This document shows positions 27,720-42,717 of a stretch of 64,000 nucleotides of DNA, one piece after another; positions within the stretch are counted from its first letter, which is position 1, and each line of letters opens with the position of its first letter. The translations under genes were made by a program, and so were the position numbers. The notes under the pieces were generated by a model. It had not been told where the DNA came from. It saw only the letters and a program-made list of their open reading frames with translations, and searched no databases. Source of the DNA: the human T2T-CHM13v2.0 reference genome, Homo sapiens; assembly GCF_009914755.1 (NCBI RefSeq), contig NC_060928.1. One strand, given 5' to 3'.

Positions 27720-27758
27720 GATGATAGGTAGGCAGATAGATGATAGATAGATAGATAG

Positions 27759-27801
<43 letters not shown>

Positions 27802-27816
27802 TTGTAGATAGATAGA
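27720..27816 (+). repeat. (GATA)n compound tetranucleotide microsatellite
   Basis: About ten uninterrupted GATA units at 27761-27800 with degenerate GATA flanks. Confidence 0.98.
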
Positions 27817-28399
27817 GGTGATAGCCCATTTACTTGCTATTATTTGAGATTCTTTGAACAGTGAGCAAAGCCTTTCGTTTTGCCATTAGAAGTAAAAAAG
27901 ATTAACATGCAAATTCCTGAGAGAAACACACATTGACAAGATAGAGTTTGGGGCAAAGTATACATGATAATAGTGGATTCTTTCCCATTTTGGAAGGGAA
28001 ACGAGGTAGAAGGTTATAAGACAGCCCATTTGGTGGAAGAGGGTGTTTCTGAAGAGGGAAACATTCTCAAAGAGGAGACCCAGGTCCCCAGAGTCACACT
28101 GTGGCAGTTGCACCCTCATCTGTGCACACAGGTGCTGGCCGCCAGCAGGACAGCTGTGCAGTGCCACTGGAACAGCCTCCGCAGGCCTCTGCTCCCAGCA
28201 GATAATAGACTGGTCATGAGGTATTTTTAAGCAGTTGCTTAAAAAGACAGCATTGCGTGACCACAACCCTGGGGTGGCTCATAAACCCAAGCCTGTAGGA
28301 ATCTTGAGATAAGCTTTCCATTTTACTGAGCACTGCTCAAGCGCTTCCTAGAATATTGTGTTTGAGCCCCGTAATTAAAGAGGAAAGAGGAGGCCTGGG

Positions 28400-28545
28400 A
28401 GAGGTTCCGAGAAGAATTGTGAGGATATTAAAAGGTTGGAAACAATAAAGCTTGTGGGAGAAAAAAGGTTAAAAGAACTGGGATTATTTAGACTGAAGGA
28501 CAGAAGGTCAAGGAGCAGAGTAACAATAATCTTCAAATACACTCC
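28400..28545 (+). mobile_element. CR1/L3 LINE ORF2 C-terminal relic
   Basis: 28466-28540 translates RLKELGLFRLKDRRSRSRVTIIFKY, like the CR1 motif RLKELGLFSLEKRRLRGD...FKY. Confidence 0.8.
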
Positions 28546-29825
28546 TTCTAGCGTCAGGGAATACAGCTAATTCCTCACTGATAAAATAGTCAGTTGAGGC
28601 CCGGGTACACTTGCTATACGGACTTGTTAGCAAATAAGACAGAGTTCAGCAAAATGAAGGAGCTGACAGCTCAGGCGGTCGCAGTCTGCCTGATTGTCCT
28701 AGATCTTCATCATGACCCCTTTGCAGGAGCCATAGAGACCCAGGGTAGGCAGGAAGCCTGGTAGGAGATGCAATTCTTTCTAGACAGTGTAAACTCTCAG
28801 TGGGATTAGTGAAAGCCTTCGTGTGAGTCTAAGAAATATCCCCCACCAGGTTTATTTATCTATTAAACAAAAGTTTATTATTTTTCCCATTGTAAAAGTA
28901 ATGCACACTCTATCAGGAAACCAGTTGCTTTCTAAATAAAAGCAAATCCAGATCTTCCAGAGTTGTCAATGAAGGGAGAATTCTACATGGGTGTATGGGG
29001 GAGGAGGGAGGAAGAGGGGAAGAGAGTGAGGGGTGGTTAAGACATTATAATGAGACTTTACTAAGGTTTTAGGATTATCTGAAAACTTGATTTACAACAC
29101 AATCCAGGTTTACACACAGCATAGCTTCCTAATCTTCAGCCTGAGCCCCTGCAGAGATGCCTCCTGCCTGGATCCCACTGTATCCACTGGGAAGAGAGAA
29201 GCCTGCCAGCTCCTATAATAGAGTCAAGGCTTCATCCTGCTAAGTGGGCAGCAAATGGACAAGCTCAAGATGGGAGTCAGCCAAGGACCCCTTCCCATGT
29301 CTCTTTCCCAGTACTCCTACCATTTCCAACCTTAGAGAACCTGGAATCAAGTCTATTAATGATGCAGACAAACATCAAATCTACTTGAGGGAGCCAACCT
29401 TCCTCAGTCCACCATTCAAAGGCATTCATACTGGTGTATTTCCTCATAGTATATATTTTTTTCTATGTTTCTACTTTGTTGTAAATACTTAAACTGATGA
29501 CATGTATATGATTTTGCAACTTTTTTCACCTGTTTTAGTCAAGTTAAACTAATCTAAGTTGTACGTGTAGTATGAAACCCTTTTTTTTAATAAATATGCA
29601 CACATATGCATACTTACATTAAAAAGACTGGGAGGAATCCACCCAAAATACAACTATGGTTATCTGTAGGTGTGGGATTACAAATTATTTTATTTTTGAT
29701 GTTGTTATCATTGGTATTCTTCACAATTAATAAGTTTTACTTTTGTAAAAAGCAAAAATACATTGTTGCACAATTACAACATAAAAATTTCTCTTATTAT
29801 TATGAACTCTGACCACACCGTTTCT

Positions 29826-30124
<299 letters not shown>

Positions 30125-31214
30125 CTGACCACACCATTTCTAATGGCCTTTTGGGCGAGGGTGTGGCTGATACTTCATTTAATTATTCCTTCCCACATTG
30201 CTGAAGTTAGGCTGTCTCAAATGAAAGGACATATTCTCAATAGGATCAATCTAACTCAATAGGAATCTAAGATACATTCTTGGAAGGGAAGCTATTAAGT
30301 TAAATGACATGAATGTTGCTAAACCTCCCTGCAAATTGCCGACAGCCCGTTCTCTCTGATGACAAACATGCTCTGGTTTTAATACCCTTTTCTTTAGCTC
30401 TTGTATGTTTTTCTCTCTCTTTCTTTTTCTTCTTCTGGCTGGATTCAGGCTTGTGTGCTTTCATTGTCCCTGCTTTCTGGTATTGATTGCTGTGTTCCTT
30501 CCTGTCCCATTTCTCTCCCTACTTCCGTTGAGGAAGGCTTAAGACCCCCAGTGTTATGGGTTTTCCCTGGGCATGCTTCCTTCTGGCTCCTGCCAATGAG
30601 ATGACACTATTATTAACTTACAAACCTCCATTTCCGTCACCTTGAAATTTAGAACACAAGAAAGCAGTAAGCATGCCAAAGTGCCAGGACCATAACATCT
30701 GCCCTGAGGGATTGTCATAAACAATAAATGCTTACCCTACTGATACTGTGAATAGCCTTGACAAAACTAATAAACCTAAGGTCTAAACACATTTCTGATA
30801 TTTCTTTGATGTCTTGAACACAGCATAGTGTTTTCCATGCCTAGCTAGATAGGCAGCCATAAAAGATGGTGGATTATTTTTAAGTTTATCTGATGCATAT
30901 GACTTACAGACTGCTGATAGACTATTATAGATGTAAAGGCTCTACTCTTTGCCTTCACCCATTGTCTGAAGACATCAGCCAAACCGTTCTGATGTGAACC
31001 TACATGTGAGGACCTCGACTCAAGCAGAGGTTCCCACTGCTGAAAGTTCATGATCTGGTCCAAGAGTTCCTGGCTTTTCGGAGTTATGCTATTGCTCATT
31101 CTACATAATAAACACCATTCTGTGCATTTTCCATCTTCAACTCACAACCTATTTGTGGCTTTATTGGTCACATTCATAGAATTTCAGAGCTATCAAGGAT
31201 CTTCTAAAAAACTA

Positions 31215-31304
31215 AGGTGAAATTTACATAACATAAAATTAACCATCTTAAAGTGTACACTTCAGTAACATTTAATACATTCACATTGTTTTGCAATCAC
31301 CATC
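31215..31304 (-). mobile_element. L1MB-like 3' end
   Basis: AGGTGAAATTTACATAACATAAAATTAACCATCTTAAAGTGTACA...CATTCACATTGTT. Confidence 0.8.
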
Positions 31305-31540
31305 TGATATGGTTTGGCTCTGTGTCCCCACCCAAATCTCATATTGAATTGTAGTTCCCAATTTTGCCAGTTTTAGAGGTGGGGCTTAGTGGGAGGTGAT
31401 TTGATCATGGGGCCGGGTTCTAATAGGTTAGCACCATCCCCCTAGTGCTGTCTCATGATTGAGTTTTCCTGAGATCTGGTTGTTTAAAAGTGTGTAGCAC
31501 TTCCCCCTTTGCTCTCTCTTCCTCCTGCTCCAGCCATGTA
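31305..31540 (+). mobile_element. MST (MaLR) LTR, 5' half only
   Basis: TGATATGGTTTGGCTCTGTGTCCCCACCCAAATCTCAT...GAGATCTGGTTGTTTAAAAGTGTG. Confidence 0.88.
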
Positions 31541-31749
31541 GTGTATCAACCCTGGTATCTAGGTCAAACATTATTCTTTGTAGGTGTCATACATGCTTAT
31601 CTTTTTTGTAATGAATCTTGAGCAAATGCAAGTTAAGTTGTCCTCAAGAACATTCTCATATCTAGAATACATGAAACTAAACAAAAGATATTAGAGCAAA
31701 TACAGAGTCCCTTGACAAGGGGAAATGCATAAGATCTAGAATCTTCCAA

Positions 31750-32284
31750 GTGGACACTTCTTGGGCCCCCATCACAGTCTTCTTGGTGCACTCCAGCCAT
31801 TGCTGTAGCAAGCTCCTGTCCACAGATGTAACCTGACAACACTTTGCCTTGGCTGTCCTGGGTATGCCTGTTTTCTGCCCTGGGACATCCAGTGTAAAGA
31901 AGACCTATAGGTATCCACTTCGTAGTGTAGATGCACAAGCCTGGAAGTACAAGAGAACTAATACGCCAAAGGGCAACAATTCACCAAAGGCCAGGAAGCA
32001 GAACTGATGGATCAAGACTTCCTTTTCTATGCCTTGAGTGAACAGATCTGAGTTATCTTCTATATGGCTCTTCAGAGGGTCTCAGTGAAACTCAGGTCCA
32101 GCTGCTCAAGGCAGTGTTCAGCTCACTTACACTGAACAGTAATCTTTGTGTTGCCTCCCCTCTTTCACTGTGACACTCTTTCCAGTCTCCACTCTTGTTT
32201 CCTGGGGTCATTTTTCAAAATAAACTCTCTGAATGAAAGCCCATATCTCAGGCTTTATGTTATGGTGGAAATCCAGGTTAAGAC
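31750..32284 (+). mobile_element. LTR33-family ERVL solo LTR
   Basis: GCACAAGCCTGGAAGT...AATAAACT...ATCTCAGGCTTT...GGTTAAGACA terminus. Confidence 0.6.
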
Positions 32285-32649
32285 ATGCCTAAGTGTAGGC
32301 ACTGCTGTTATCCCCGTTTTACATCTCCATTTTAAAGATGAGGAAACAGAGGTCCAGAGACTTTAGGAAACCTCTTGGGCACATAGCTGGCAAAAGACAA
32401 AGCAGAGAATCATGCCCATCTGATTTCAGAGCCCAAGTGATTCACGTCACACTCTTTCCACTTAGCCTTTTTATTTATGTCCCTCCCATTGTCTCACTAT
32501 CCCAGGAGAAGCTAGGTATGTGCAAATTCATCTCAAAGCCTTCTCACTGTGCCCAGCTCCCCAGCCTCATCTACCTTTTGCAAGATGTAATTCCCAAATA
32601 CCAGAGGACCAAACTCAAATGCTTCCTGCAGCTGACTTTCTGGTAATAT

Positions 32650-32890
32650 TTATAATGGCTAACATTTATTAAGCTCTTTTTAACTGTGAAGCCCTGTCAT
32701 AAGTCTTTTAAATATATCAGCTCACTTAATTCTCACTACAACCCTATGAGGTAGGCACTCCTATTATCCGACCTTACCAGTGAGGGAACTGAGGCTTATG
32801 GAAGTTAAGCAATAACCAAAGACACACACTCTGAAGAAGTGGAGTCATCCTTCCAAGCCAGGTAGTGTGACTTCTGAGCCAATGCTCTTA
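32650..32890 (-). mobile_element. MIR SINE
   Basis: AATGGCTAACATTTATT...ACAACCCTATGAGGTAGG...GAGGGAACTGAGGCT. Confidence 0.85.
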
Positions 32891-34140
32891 AGCTATTGTT
32901 TCCAGGAGAATACAGATGAGTAAAGCTGGCTGACTAAAGCACAATAGGCAATGGCAGGTATTGCAGCAAATTCGGGAACACAAACTACTAAGAGTGGGGT
33001 GGGGATGAGGAGGCAATAAACTCCTTAGCTACCATTGATGGTTGCCTAAAAGCAACTTCAGTCTTCTGATTTTTCAAAGAATCCAAAAATCTAGATTTTA
33101 TATAAAGCCTTCTAATTTGTTTAAGACTATTGACTAATTCATATTTAAATTACTCTGGGCAAACCAAACAAAATAGGTCTATTCATCAAATTTTAGCCCT
33201 CTGCATAACAGTTTGCAAAGTCTATTTAGCTATTCGGTAAGTTCCCTCTTTTCACAAAGTATAGTTATTATTGTCACAAAGGACTCCCATCGTAGTCTAT
33301 AACTTGTGAGAAAGATAAGATTCATCAGGAAGAGTGATATAATGGGATTGCTTTAATTGTCATAAGCCACCTGGAGCAATTGTTTCTAAAATAACCAGCC
33401 AACTGGATATTGCATTTTGATGGAATATTAGGTCATGGAGATTGATGCTGGCTTATGAACCCATAAGTTCTTAGTAATGGAATAAAGATGAAGTATTCTA
33501 TACTGTTATAAATCTAGTCTTTACATTGTGTAGCTGGACAAAACATCGTGTATTTGAGAATATAATATTCCATTCCATTCTGATTGGAAAAAAGTAACGT
33601 ATAATGTTCATTTTAGAAAATGTGAAAAATACAGAAAAGGCGAAAAACACAATAATCATTCTTAACCCTCCTGTTCAGAGATAATATCAACAGTCGAGTG
33701 TGGTTCTTTTTAGCCTTTTTTTTAGACATAGAATAATTTTTTATAGATAGGTCTCATCTCAAAGTAATGTGAGGTTTTTAAAGAATTTGATTATAGTATG
33801 AATATAGACTCAAATTGAAGAGTTCAATTCTGCCTGGTTCAAAGCCATTTAAAGTGATTTTCATGTTTTCAGATTAGTATAGTACAAGCATTTTTAAATT
33901 GCTTGAAGTGGCATTTTTTCCCTTTTTCCTTGCTTCCAGTTTTCTAACATTGCTTTTTAGCATTAAAATAAATTTTTCATATACATTTTTAAATTAAATT
34001 TTGTGAGATTCTTTTGAGACTCTCTTAACAACTGCTTATGGTTCTGCAAAACAAAAGTAATTCAGAAAGGGTCCTGGAAAGGACATCTTTCTCATGAGAG
34101 ATAATAAAAAGTTTGAGGGAAGATTTTTTCCAGTGTATAA

Positions 34141-34577
<437 letters not shown>

Positions 34578-35999
34578 TAAGATTCTGAACAGCCCTGCAG
34601 TAAATGCTGTTTTTTCTTACCCTAATCCATTCCTCTCTTTCTCCTTCCTAAAAGGACCATAATTTTTGATCTGATGTATACCTAATCCTACTTACTCTAA
34701 GCCAGTCTCCTGTTGACTATGATTATTGGTCCAGGGTAGGTGAGACCTATGGCGGCACAATCTGACAGATGGGAGGATTTTATTCCATGGCTGGGAAAAA
34801 GTTTATTTCACTCAAGTTTACTCAAACAAGGGAACAAGTAACCCAGACCTGCCATTAGCAACCAAACTGCAACCCAGAGTGAACTTGGCATAGGCTAAAG
34901 CTAAAGCAGAAGACAGCAGAGTGAAAACATGCACAGAGTCTGGATCTGTGAGTTACCATGGAGTCTCAGAACATACCGCATCCGAGGCCTGTCCAACAAC
35001 TGTCTCCCAGCTATGCGAGATATTACCTTTCCTTATTGTTTTACTCTGCATCAATACTGCCAGTTACTCACAGCCTAAAGCATCCTAACTGGTACAAGCT
35101 CTACAAGGCACAATTTCTTTTTAAGCTTCTAGGTGTTAAAACTAGTTTTGTATTATTCAGAAGTTAAACTGACAGAAACAGTTCTATATTTTTGCTATGG
35201 CAAATCATGATAAACAAGAGTATACTAGTTTTACACAATTTAATTTTAAGAGATTCACCACCAACAGGGTGAATTTTACTATAGGTGAATTCTAAATTAA
35301 TAAATCTGACTTAAAGATAGGTTTTAAAATATCACTACCAAGAAAATTGTGTATCAATTAGGATTGTGTTTAACTTGCTCGATAATGGCATAACTCAGGC
35401 TCTTTCTCTTTCAGTTCTGCCTTCCTTAATATGCTTGATTCAGCCCTGGGGCCAAATTAGGAGAACTCTCAAGAACAAGGAAAATTGAACAAATGAAGGA
35501 TCTGCTAGCTAAGATGAAAAGCAAGGGGAGAGATGACTTTTACGTAGGCAAGAAAGAGGGCGTCTACCACAGTCAGTCTTGACTCCAACTTCACTCCAAT
35601 TTTCTAAATCTCTGTGCATACATCTCCAGTAACATTAAATCTAATTATATTATGACCATTATTGCCATCATACAAAGATCTCAAATCACATACTTAAAAA
35701 ATAGGGAAATAATACACTTAAAAGATAAATGCGTTAAAATCATGGAATCCTGGAAAATCGCATCAATTTCTTTGTTATGTCTGGAAGAGTTGACACATAC
35801 CAAGCTTAGAGTCACCTAAAATCCTGGTCTTTTAAAATAAAAGTTTTGATGATAAATTCACGACTCCTCTCAAGTCTTTGTTTCACCATTTTGAAGGTCC
35901 AGTCTTCTTGATGAGATTAATTACCTCTTATCAGCATGGGTAACTCTCTAAATTACCCACAACACAGATGAAATCTTATTTATTTAGATTAGTTATATA

Positions 36000-36700
36000 A
36001 ATTAAGAATAAACCCATGAGCCACAATATGAACAAATCTCAAATACATGCTGAGTGAAAGAAACCCAACAGAAGAGACTCCATACTGTATGGATCCAATC
36101 TTAAGTCCAAGAACAGACAAAATTAATGTATGATGATAGTAATCAGAAGAGTTGTGGTGGGAGGGACTAACTTCGAAAGGACAAAGAAACTTCTGGAGAG
36201 ATGGGAATATTCTGTGCTTTATTCTGGGTGTTTGTTATATGGGTGTATGCAATTGTCAGAAGTCATCAAACTGAACGCTTAAGATCTATACATTTTAACT
36301 TATGTTAATTACACGTCAATAAGAACATTAAAAATAATATATTTGCACACTCCTCAAGAGATGACACAAATTGTGGCACATCCATTGCTGAAATACTATG
36401 CAGCTTTGAAAAAAGAATGAGGCAGATCTGTCTGTACTGAAATAGGATAATCTCTAACACAAGTCTTTAAGTTAAAAAGTAAGATATGAAATAGTATGTA
36501 GAATTGCTGTCATTTGTGTTTTAAAAAAGAGGAGAAGAATACACTAAGACATGTATGTTTGTACACCTACAGAAATAGTCTGGATGATACACAGGCACTG
36601 GTATCAGTGGTTATCTCTGGGGACAGAATCAGTAGGATGGAAGTGGGGTATATGGAGTGAAAGGGTGGAGGGAGACTGAATGTTTTCACTGTAATGTTTT
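36000..36700 (+). mobile_element. Two adjacent old L1M (MC/ME-like) 3' fragments
   Basis: ATGCTGAGTGAAAGAAAC...CATCAAACTGAACGCTTAAGATCT; GAAATACTATGCAGC...AAGAATGAGG. Confidence 0.7.
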
Positions 36701-36712
36701 GAAAGAAAAATG

Positions 36713-36997
36713 TGCTGGGCGTGGTGGCTCATGCCTGTAATCCCAGCACTTTGGGAGGCTGAGGAGGGTGGATCACCTGTGGTCAGGAGTTCGAGACCAG
36801 CCTAGCCAACACTGTGAAACCCTGACTCTACTAAAAATATAGAAATTAGCTGGGCATGGTAGGTGCCTCTAATCCCAGCTACTTGGGAGGGTGAGGCAAG
36901 AGAATCACTTGAACCTGGGAGACGAAGGTTGCAGTGAGCTGAGATGGTGCCACTCCAGCCTGGGCAACAGAGCAGGACTCCATCTCAAAAACAGAAT
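36713..36997 (+). mobile_element. Alu (Sx/Sz-like)
   Basis: Full dimer; TSD AAGAAAAATG. Confidence 0.96.
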
Positions 36998-37211
36998 AAG
37001 AAAAATGAACATTAATTTAATATGTTGGGATACATAACGTTGGGCTATACATGTTGGGGTATAGTTACATGTGCGTAAGTTAACTGGTACAGACCATTGT
37101 TGGATGTTATAATAATCCTTGGAGGATGACAGCCAGGTGCAGGACAGATCTACTGGAATCGTGTGTGGGGTTGGGTCCATGTCAGGCCTGCCATGGTAAA
37201 TTTGATTATTA

Positions 37212-38050
37212 CAAGTTGAGTATTCTTTATCCAAAATGCTTGGGACCAGAAGTGTTTTGGATTTTGCATTTTTTCAGATTTTGAAATATTTGCATATACA
37301 TAATGAGATATCTTGGGGATGAGACGCAAGTCTAAATACAAAATTCATTTCTGTTTTATACATACTTTATCCACATAGCCTGAAGGTAATTTTATACAAT
37401 ATTTTTAATCACTTTGTGTGTGAAACAAAGTTTGTGTACATTGAACCATCAGAGAGCAAAGGTGTCTCCATCTCAGCCACTTATGTGGACAATCTGTGGT
37501 TGTTTGGGATCGCCAACAATCATTCCTGACTCTGAATTTATATGCTTCTGATTAGTCATTTTCTTACATTTACTCACACATAAGTGCTTAGTAAAAAATA
37601 TGACATACCATTAATAGAGTGGAAAAATAACATGTTTGGGGTAACTAAGCAGCACGGTAACCTCACCAGAATACCTGCATCAGCTATGAAACAGCAAGAA
37701 CAAATGACAGACGTTCGGTCTCCACCTATGATACTGGTTTGTGTTTCAATTAAAAGTTTACTGTACATTTTAGTTTATGTCTTTAGGTGAGAAGAAATGT
37801 CAGAAGCAATTGAGAGAACAGGAAGTTGTCCAGAGGTGAGGAAGGATTCTGCTGGGTGGCTTTTTTAAGTGGTTGGGAGGGTCTTTTTTTCCTTGGGGAT
37901 GCTGGATACATTGTGTTGTGCACCTGCTTTTTGACTGCGACCCATCACTTGAGGTCAGGTGTAGAATTTCCCACTTGTGGTAGCACTCAAAATGTTTCAG
38001 ATTTTGGAGCACTTCGGATTTCAGATTTTCAGTTAGGTATGTTCAAACTG
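37212..38050. mobile_element. Tigger4-like TcMar DNA transposon, internally deleted
   Basis: TA|CAAGTTGAGTATTC...GTATGTTCAAACTG|TA; body CCAAAATGCTTGGGACCAGAAGTGTTTTGGATTTT. Confidence 0.88.
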
Positions 38051-38346
38051 TACTACGTCTGGAGCTGAAGGAAGTTCTTTTCACCATCTGCCAGGTGGTA
38101 TAAATATCATTCTAGCTAAAACTCCCTGGCCTCCTAGGCATCCCTCCTTCTAATTCTGGTCTAATACTTTGAGACATCTAAGTCCTTAGTATGCCAGTGA
38201 CTAAAGCAACTGGATGACATAAATGTCCAATGTGTGTTTGGGTAAACACAAGGCTTAAAAACATAAGGCTTATAAAAAAGGACCTAGTACTTCCCCCCGC
38301 CACCCACCGCCCCAAGCATGTTTATTTGACAAAAGTTAGCCTTTCA

Positions 38347-38776
<430 letters not shown>

Positions 38777-40589
38777 TCAGGTGATTATTCATTTTCTGTG
38801 GTGCACAGCTGACCTTTATTGCTGCTGCTGGGCCAGGGTATGTTTGACAAGGACTCATTTCATTGTATATTTTAGAACTATTAAAATATGTTCCCATGTG
38901 CATATATGCTACCTATTTAAATAAATTCATTAAATTAAAAAGAGTAAAGATGCAGAGCAAACAGGAGGTTAAGAAGAAGCAAAAGCTATTTGCAGCAATT
39001 AAGGTGGTCCTGACATTAACGTGGAGTGAGCGTTGTCCACCTGGCCTGCCGATCAGCCCTCTTTAGGACAGATGCACCACCTGTTCATCCACACTTGTCA
39101 GTTAGCACTTACCATAGCCTCTTTGTTCTTTTTTCAGACTAAAAAGATTCTCTCACATCAGGCACCACTCTCCAGCCCTCCTGGAGATCTTGATTCACTT
39201 TCTCTGTGCATATGGTTTAACTTCACAGCTACACTGTAAGTGATCTTGAGAAGAGGCACCTGGTCTTATATATTTTTTTGGAACCCATCCCCCACAAATA
39301 ACTGGCTGCTGAATAAATATTTGATCATTAAAGTAAGTAACTAATAAATGTGAAGGTCCTGTTTATCTCAATATGTAAAATAATTACTAATGATCATGTG
39401 AGACAGTGGTGACTCCAAACAAGTTCCAGCCAATCCAGATTTTTAAAAATTTTTGCTTTTCTATTTGAATATTATACTAACGTGACTTGCTTATAAAATA
39501 CATTGTCCTCAAAATTTGTAAGTATAATATGCACAAATCAAATCCTGTTTTCAGTGCTCCAGGGGCTCATTATTTAAAACAGTGTATCTCACTGTTTTTT
39601 CCTTAAAAATTGATATTATACTCCCATCGGTAACAGTATAATTTTTTTGATATGAATAACCATAGTATAATTAATCTGTTTTCTAAATTCAAAAGTCTAG
39701 GTCATACATTTCCTAAAGCAAGCCTCAACTGTGCCTGGATTAACACCAAAATGACTTTTTTTCTGGGTCACACACTCAAATCCTAACTTAGTCTCTCTTT
39801 TTATTTTTATTAATGGATGTCAGTGAATGTAATTATTAAAGGGGACAGGAGACAGGATTATAAAAGACAAAGGAATAATCTTAGAATATTAAAAAAGTGG
39901 AGGCCCAGGAGCTTTATATAACAATGAGGGGAAAAGAAAGACTGTCCCTGGGAGAAAAGAGGTCACTTACCTAGGAAGTACAGGAAGGCAAGTGGGCTGG
40001 AGAGGGGACTCAGAGAACAGAAACTGAACAAGCTCTTGCATCAACATTGAAATAAGAAGAAAGTGGTGAGGAGCTGTTTGAGAATCAGGCTAGATGAGGG
40101 CTGATCATCCGTTTCTGAATGTTGAAGGGGAATCTTGAATTTGAGGGTTTTTTTTTCCTCAAATAGGACACATCTTCGCCTAGAAAACCAGTTGTAGGGG
40201 ACAGTGGTCCCCTGGAGATAGAGAGAGCTATATCTGCTGTTGTCTGCACCCAGAACAAATACAACATCCTAATGTCCACTATGTCCAAGTTGGTTCTTTA
40301 ATGACTTTGTTGGTTTTTATTTTTGTTTTTGTTGTTGTTTTAAAAGCAGGGTATTTTTTGCTTGTTTCTTGCTTTCTTGTTTGCTGCATGTGTGCATTGA
40401 AGAATTGATCTGAAGCATGAGGACAAACCATTTCCTAGCCCCCTGCTTGTATCTGTTCATAAGGAAGCAGCTTCCTCCAAACAGCTCCTGTGTCCACTGG
40501 CAAAGCTGGCCTCACCTCCATCTTGCTCTCTAGTACTGATGCAGGATTCAGGGGGGTAGAAGAGCGGGGTAGAAGAGGTAGCCACTAGC

Positions 40590-40752
40590 TGTTTTCCTTG
40601 TTTGTTGTTTCTCTCTCCTATTGGGATGTGAGCTCCATGTGGGCAGGGATTGCTGTTTGTTTTGCACTAATACATATATTTCTAGCTCCTGGCACAGTGC
40701 TTGGCACACAGTGGGCACCTGATAAATATTTGGATTATGAACAAATGAATAA
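40590..40752 (+). mobile_element. L2 LINE 3' end
   Basis: TGTGAGCTCCATGTGGGCAGGGATT...CACAGTGCTTGGCACACAGTGGGCAC..ATAAATATTT...AATGAAT. Confidence 0.85.
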
Positions 40753-41013
40753 ATTGGTTGCAAGCCTGACAGCTTGCTCTCTGAAAGGAATGGCAGGATT
40801 TCAGGGAGAGGGAGGTAGAGAGTGTCAAGCACAGTACTAGGCTCCTTACATGAGATATCCATTGTTGAGAATTCACCTCAGCTAGTTTGGTCATGTGACA
40901 GTTACTGGTTATTCTGGTATTAGTCTCCTCTGGCCATTAAGATGGATAAAAAGCCATAAATTCCTTCTCCTCTAACCTCCCCGCAACATACCGTGTACCA
41001 TCTAGTAAGGTGA

Positions 41014-41229
<216 letters not shown>

Positions 41230-41879
41230 AAAGTACAAACATTTATTAGCAGATGGCCACAAAAACAGTCACACGGGCTGTTCTTGTAAGCTTGGAAAAG
41301 CTCACTACTTGTCTCAGGACTTCTGACCACACCTTTAATGAGAAGCTCACTCGGAGTCTTTCCCCGACATTCTGAATGGTGGATCAGCCAATGCTCCCAA
41401 TATGTCAGAGAAACGGAGCCCTCTCTGAACTACGAGATGAACACAAGACCAAACAGTCCGGGATGGATATGCAGCTCTGAAGGTGCCAGATTCTTACCCC
41501 TTCCAGCAACAGCAGTATGGCCTACTGAAACTTTCTAGTCAATGACATATCTTGAGCAACATTAATGTCACCAATGGAAAAAAAAATGTGTTATATCCCT
41601 TACACCGGCTAACAAACCTTCTGGTGTGTATTCTGTTAACGGATATTTGAAATGCTTAAACAGCCACCTCTGGGGGTAGATTCCTGATTAGGTTCTTTAA
41701 ATACCAAATAACCAATAACCAACTCCCTTCTCTCACTCCCTCCCCTCACTGCAGGAAAAGTTAACTTACACATACACATAGGTTCATTTGAAGGTACTGT
41801 AGATTACCACATAGAACCATTCAATTCTCACAACCTTTCTGGAGTAAAAATAAGAAGAGAAAATGCCTAGAAAGCATTT

Positions 41880-42080
41880 ATGACATGCTCAGCCTTGTTT
41901 AAGGAGTTGTATTCTAATTTAACCTTTACATCAACTCCACACCATTATTGCCCGGATTTTACAGACAAAAAAGGGAAAGCCCAGGGAAGTGAAGGAACAC
42001 ATCCAAGGTCACACTGCTGATAAGTGGTCAGGACCACGATTGTAACCTGTTGTTGAGTTTCAGAGCCCACACTCCAAACC
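41880..42080 (-). mobile_element. MIR SINE
   Basis: ATTTTACAGACAAAAAAGG...CCAAGGTCACACTGCTGATAAGTGG. Confidence 0.75.
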
Positions 42081-42559
42081 ACCCTATTCTGCTACGTTTT
42101 CTTCTGAAAATAAGAATTATTGGAATATTAGGTATTCCACGTCCCCAACATGTCTTTATCTCTTTTATTCTTCAAAAGCAAGGATCTAATGTTCCTGGAG
42201 GCAAATGTGTTCACTGATAGTCCCCACAGAAGTTGAAGGCGCTCAGCAACAGTTCGGGCGAATTTATGCGTGGGTGCCATTCAGGAACAATCAAAATTTC
42301 TAAAGGTCACATTATCTTTTTCATTCCAAATAGAATTTGATTTTTGAGCCTCAGGGGAAGAAATAATATTCTTAGAATTCCTTTACCACCTTTCAAAATC
42401 AAAAAATATCAAAACTTCAGGTTGGCTAAATGTAGTGACTAAAATGGGAATATTTGTTATATTTGGAAAGTAACAACTAACTCAGAGACAACTTTCTACT
42501 CTCTCATGCTGAAATTAGCTACCAAGAAACATCACTAGGACTCCTGTGACTCATTACTG

Positions 42560-42710
42560 TTGAGGAGATAAGAATGTGGGCTTTGGAGTCATCAAGACAG
42601 AGTTGGAAATTCAGCTCCACCACTAAATGTGGCTCTTCATGCAAACTACTGCACCTCTCTAAGCCTCGATTCTTCATTCATGAAATGAGAATGATGTGTG
42701 TGTAGTTCCT
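42560..42710 (+). mobile_element. MIR SINE (host of the MER50 insertion)
   Basis: TGTGGGCTTTGGAGTCA...ACCTCTCTAAGCCTC. Confidence 0.75.
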
Positions 42711-42717
42711 AACAGAC

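Noticed and set aside
28988-29036. G-rich purine tract as a G-quadruplex
   Set aside because: Irregular G runs with long loops; common background sequence with no supporting context.
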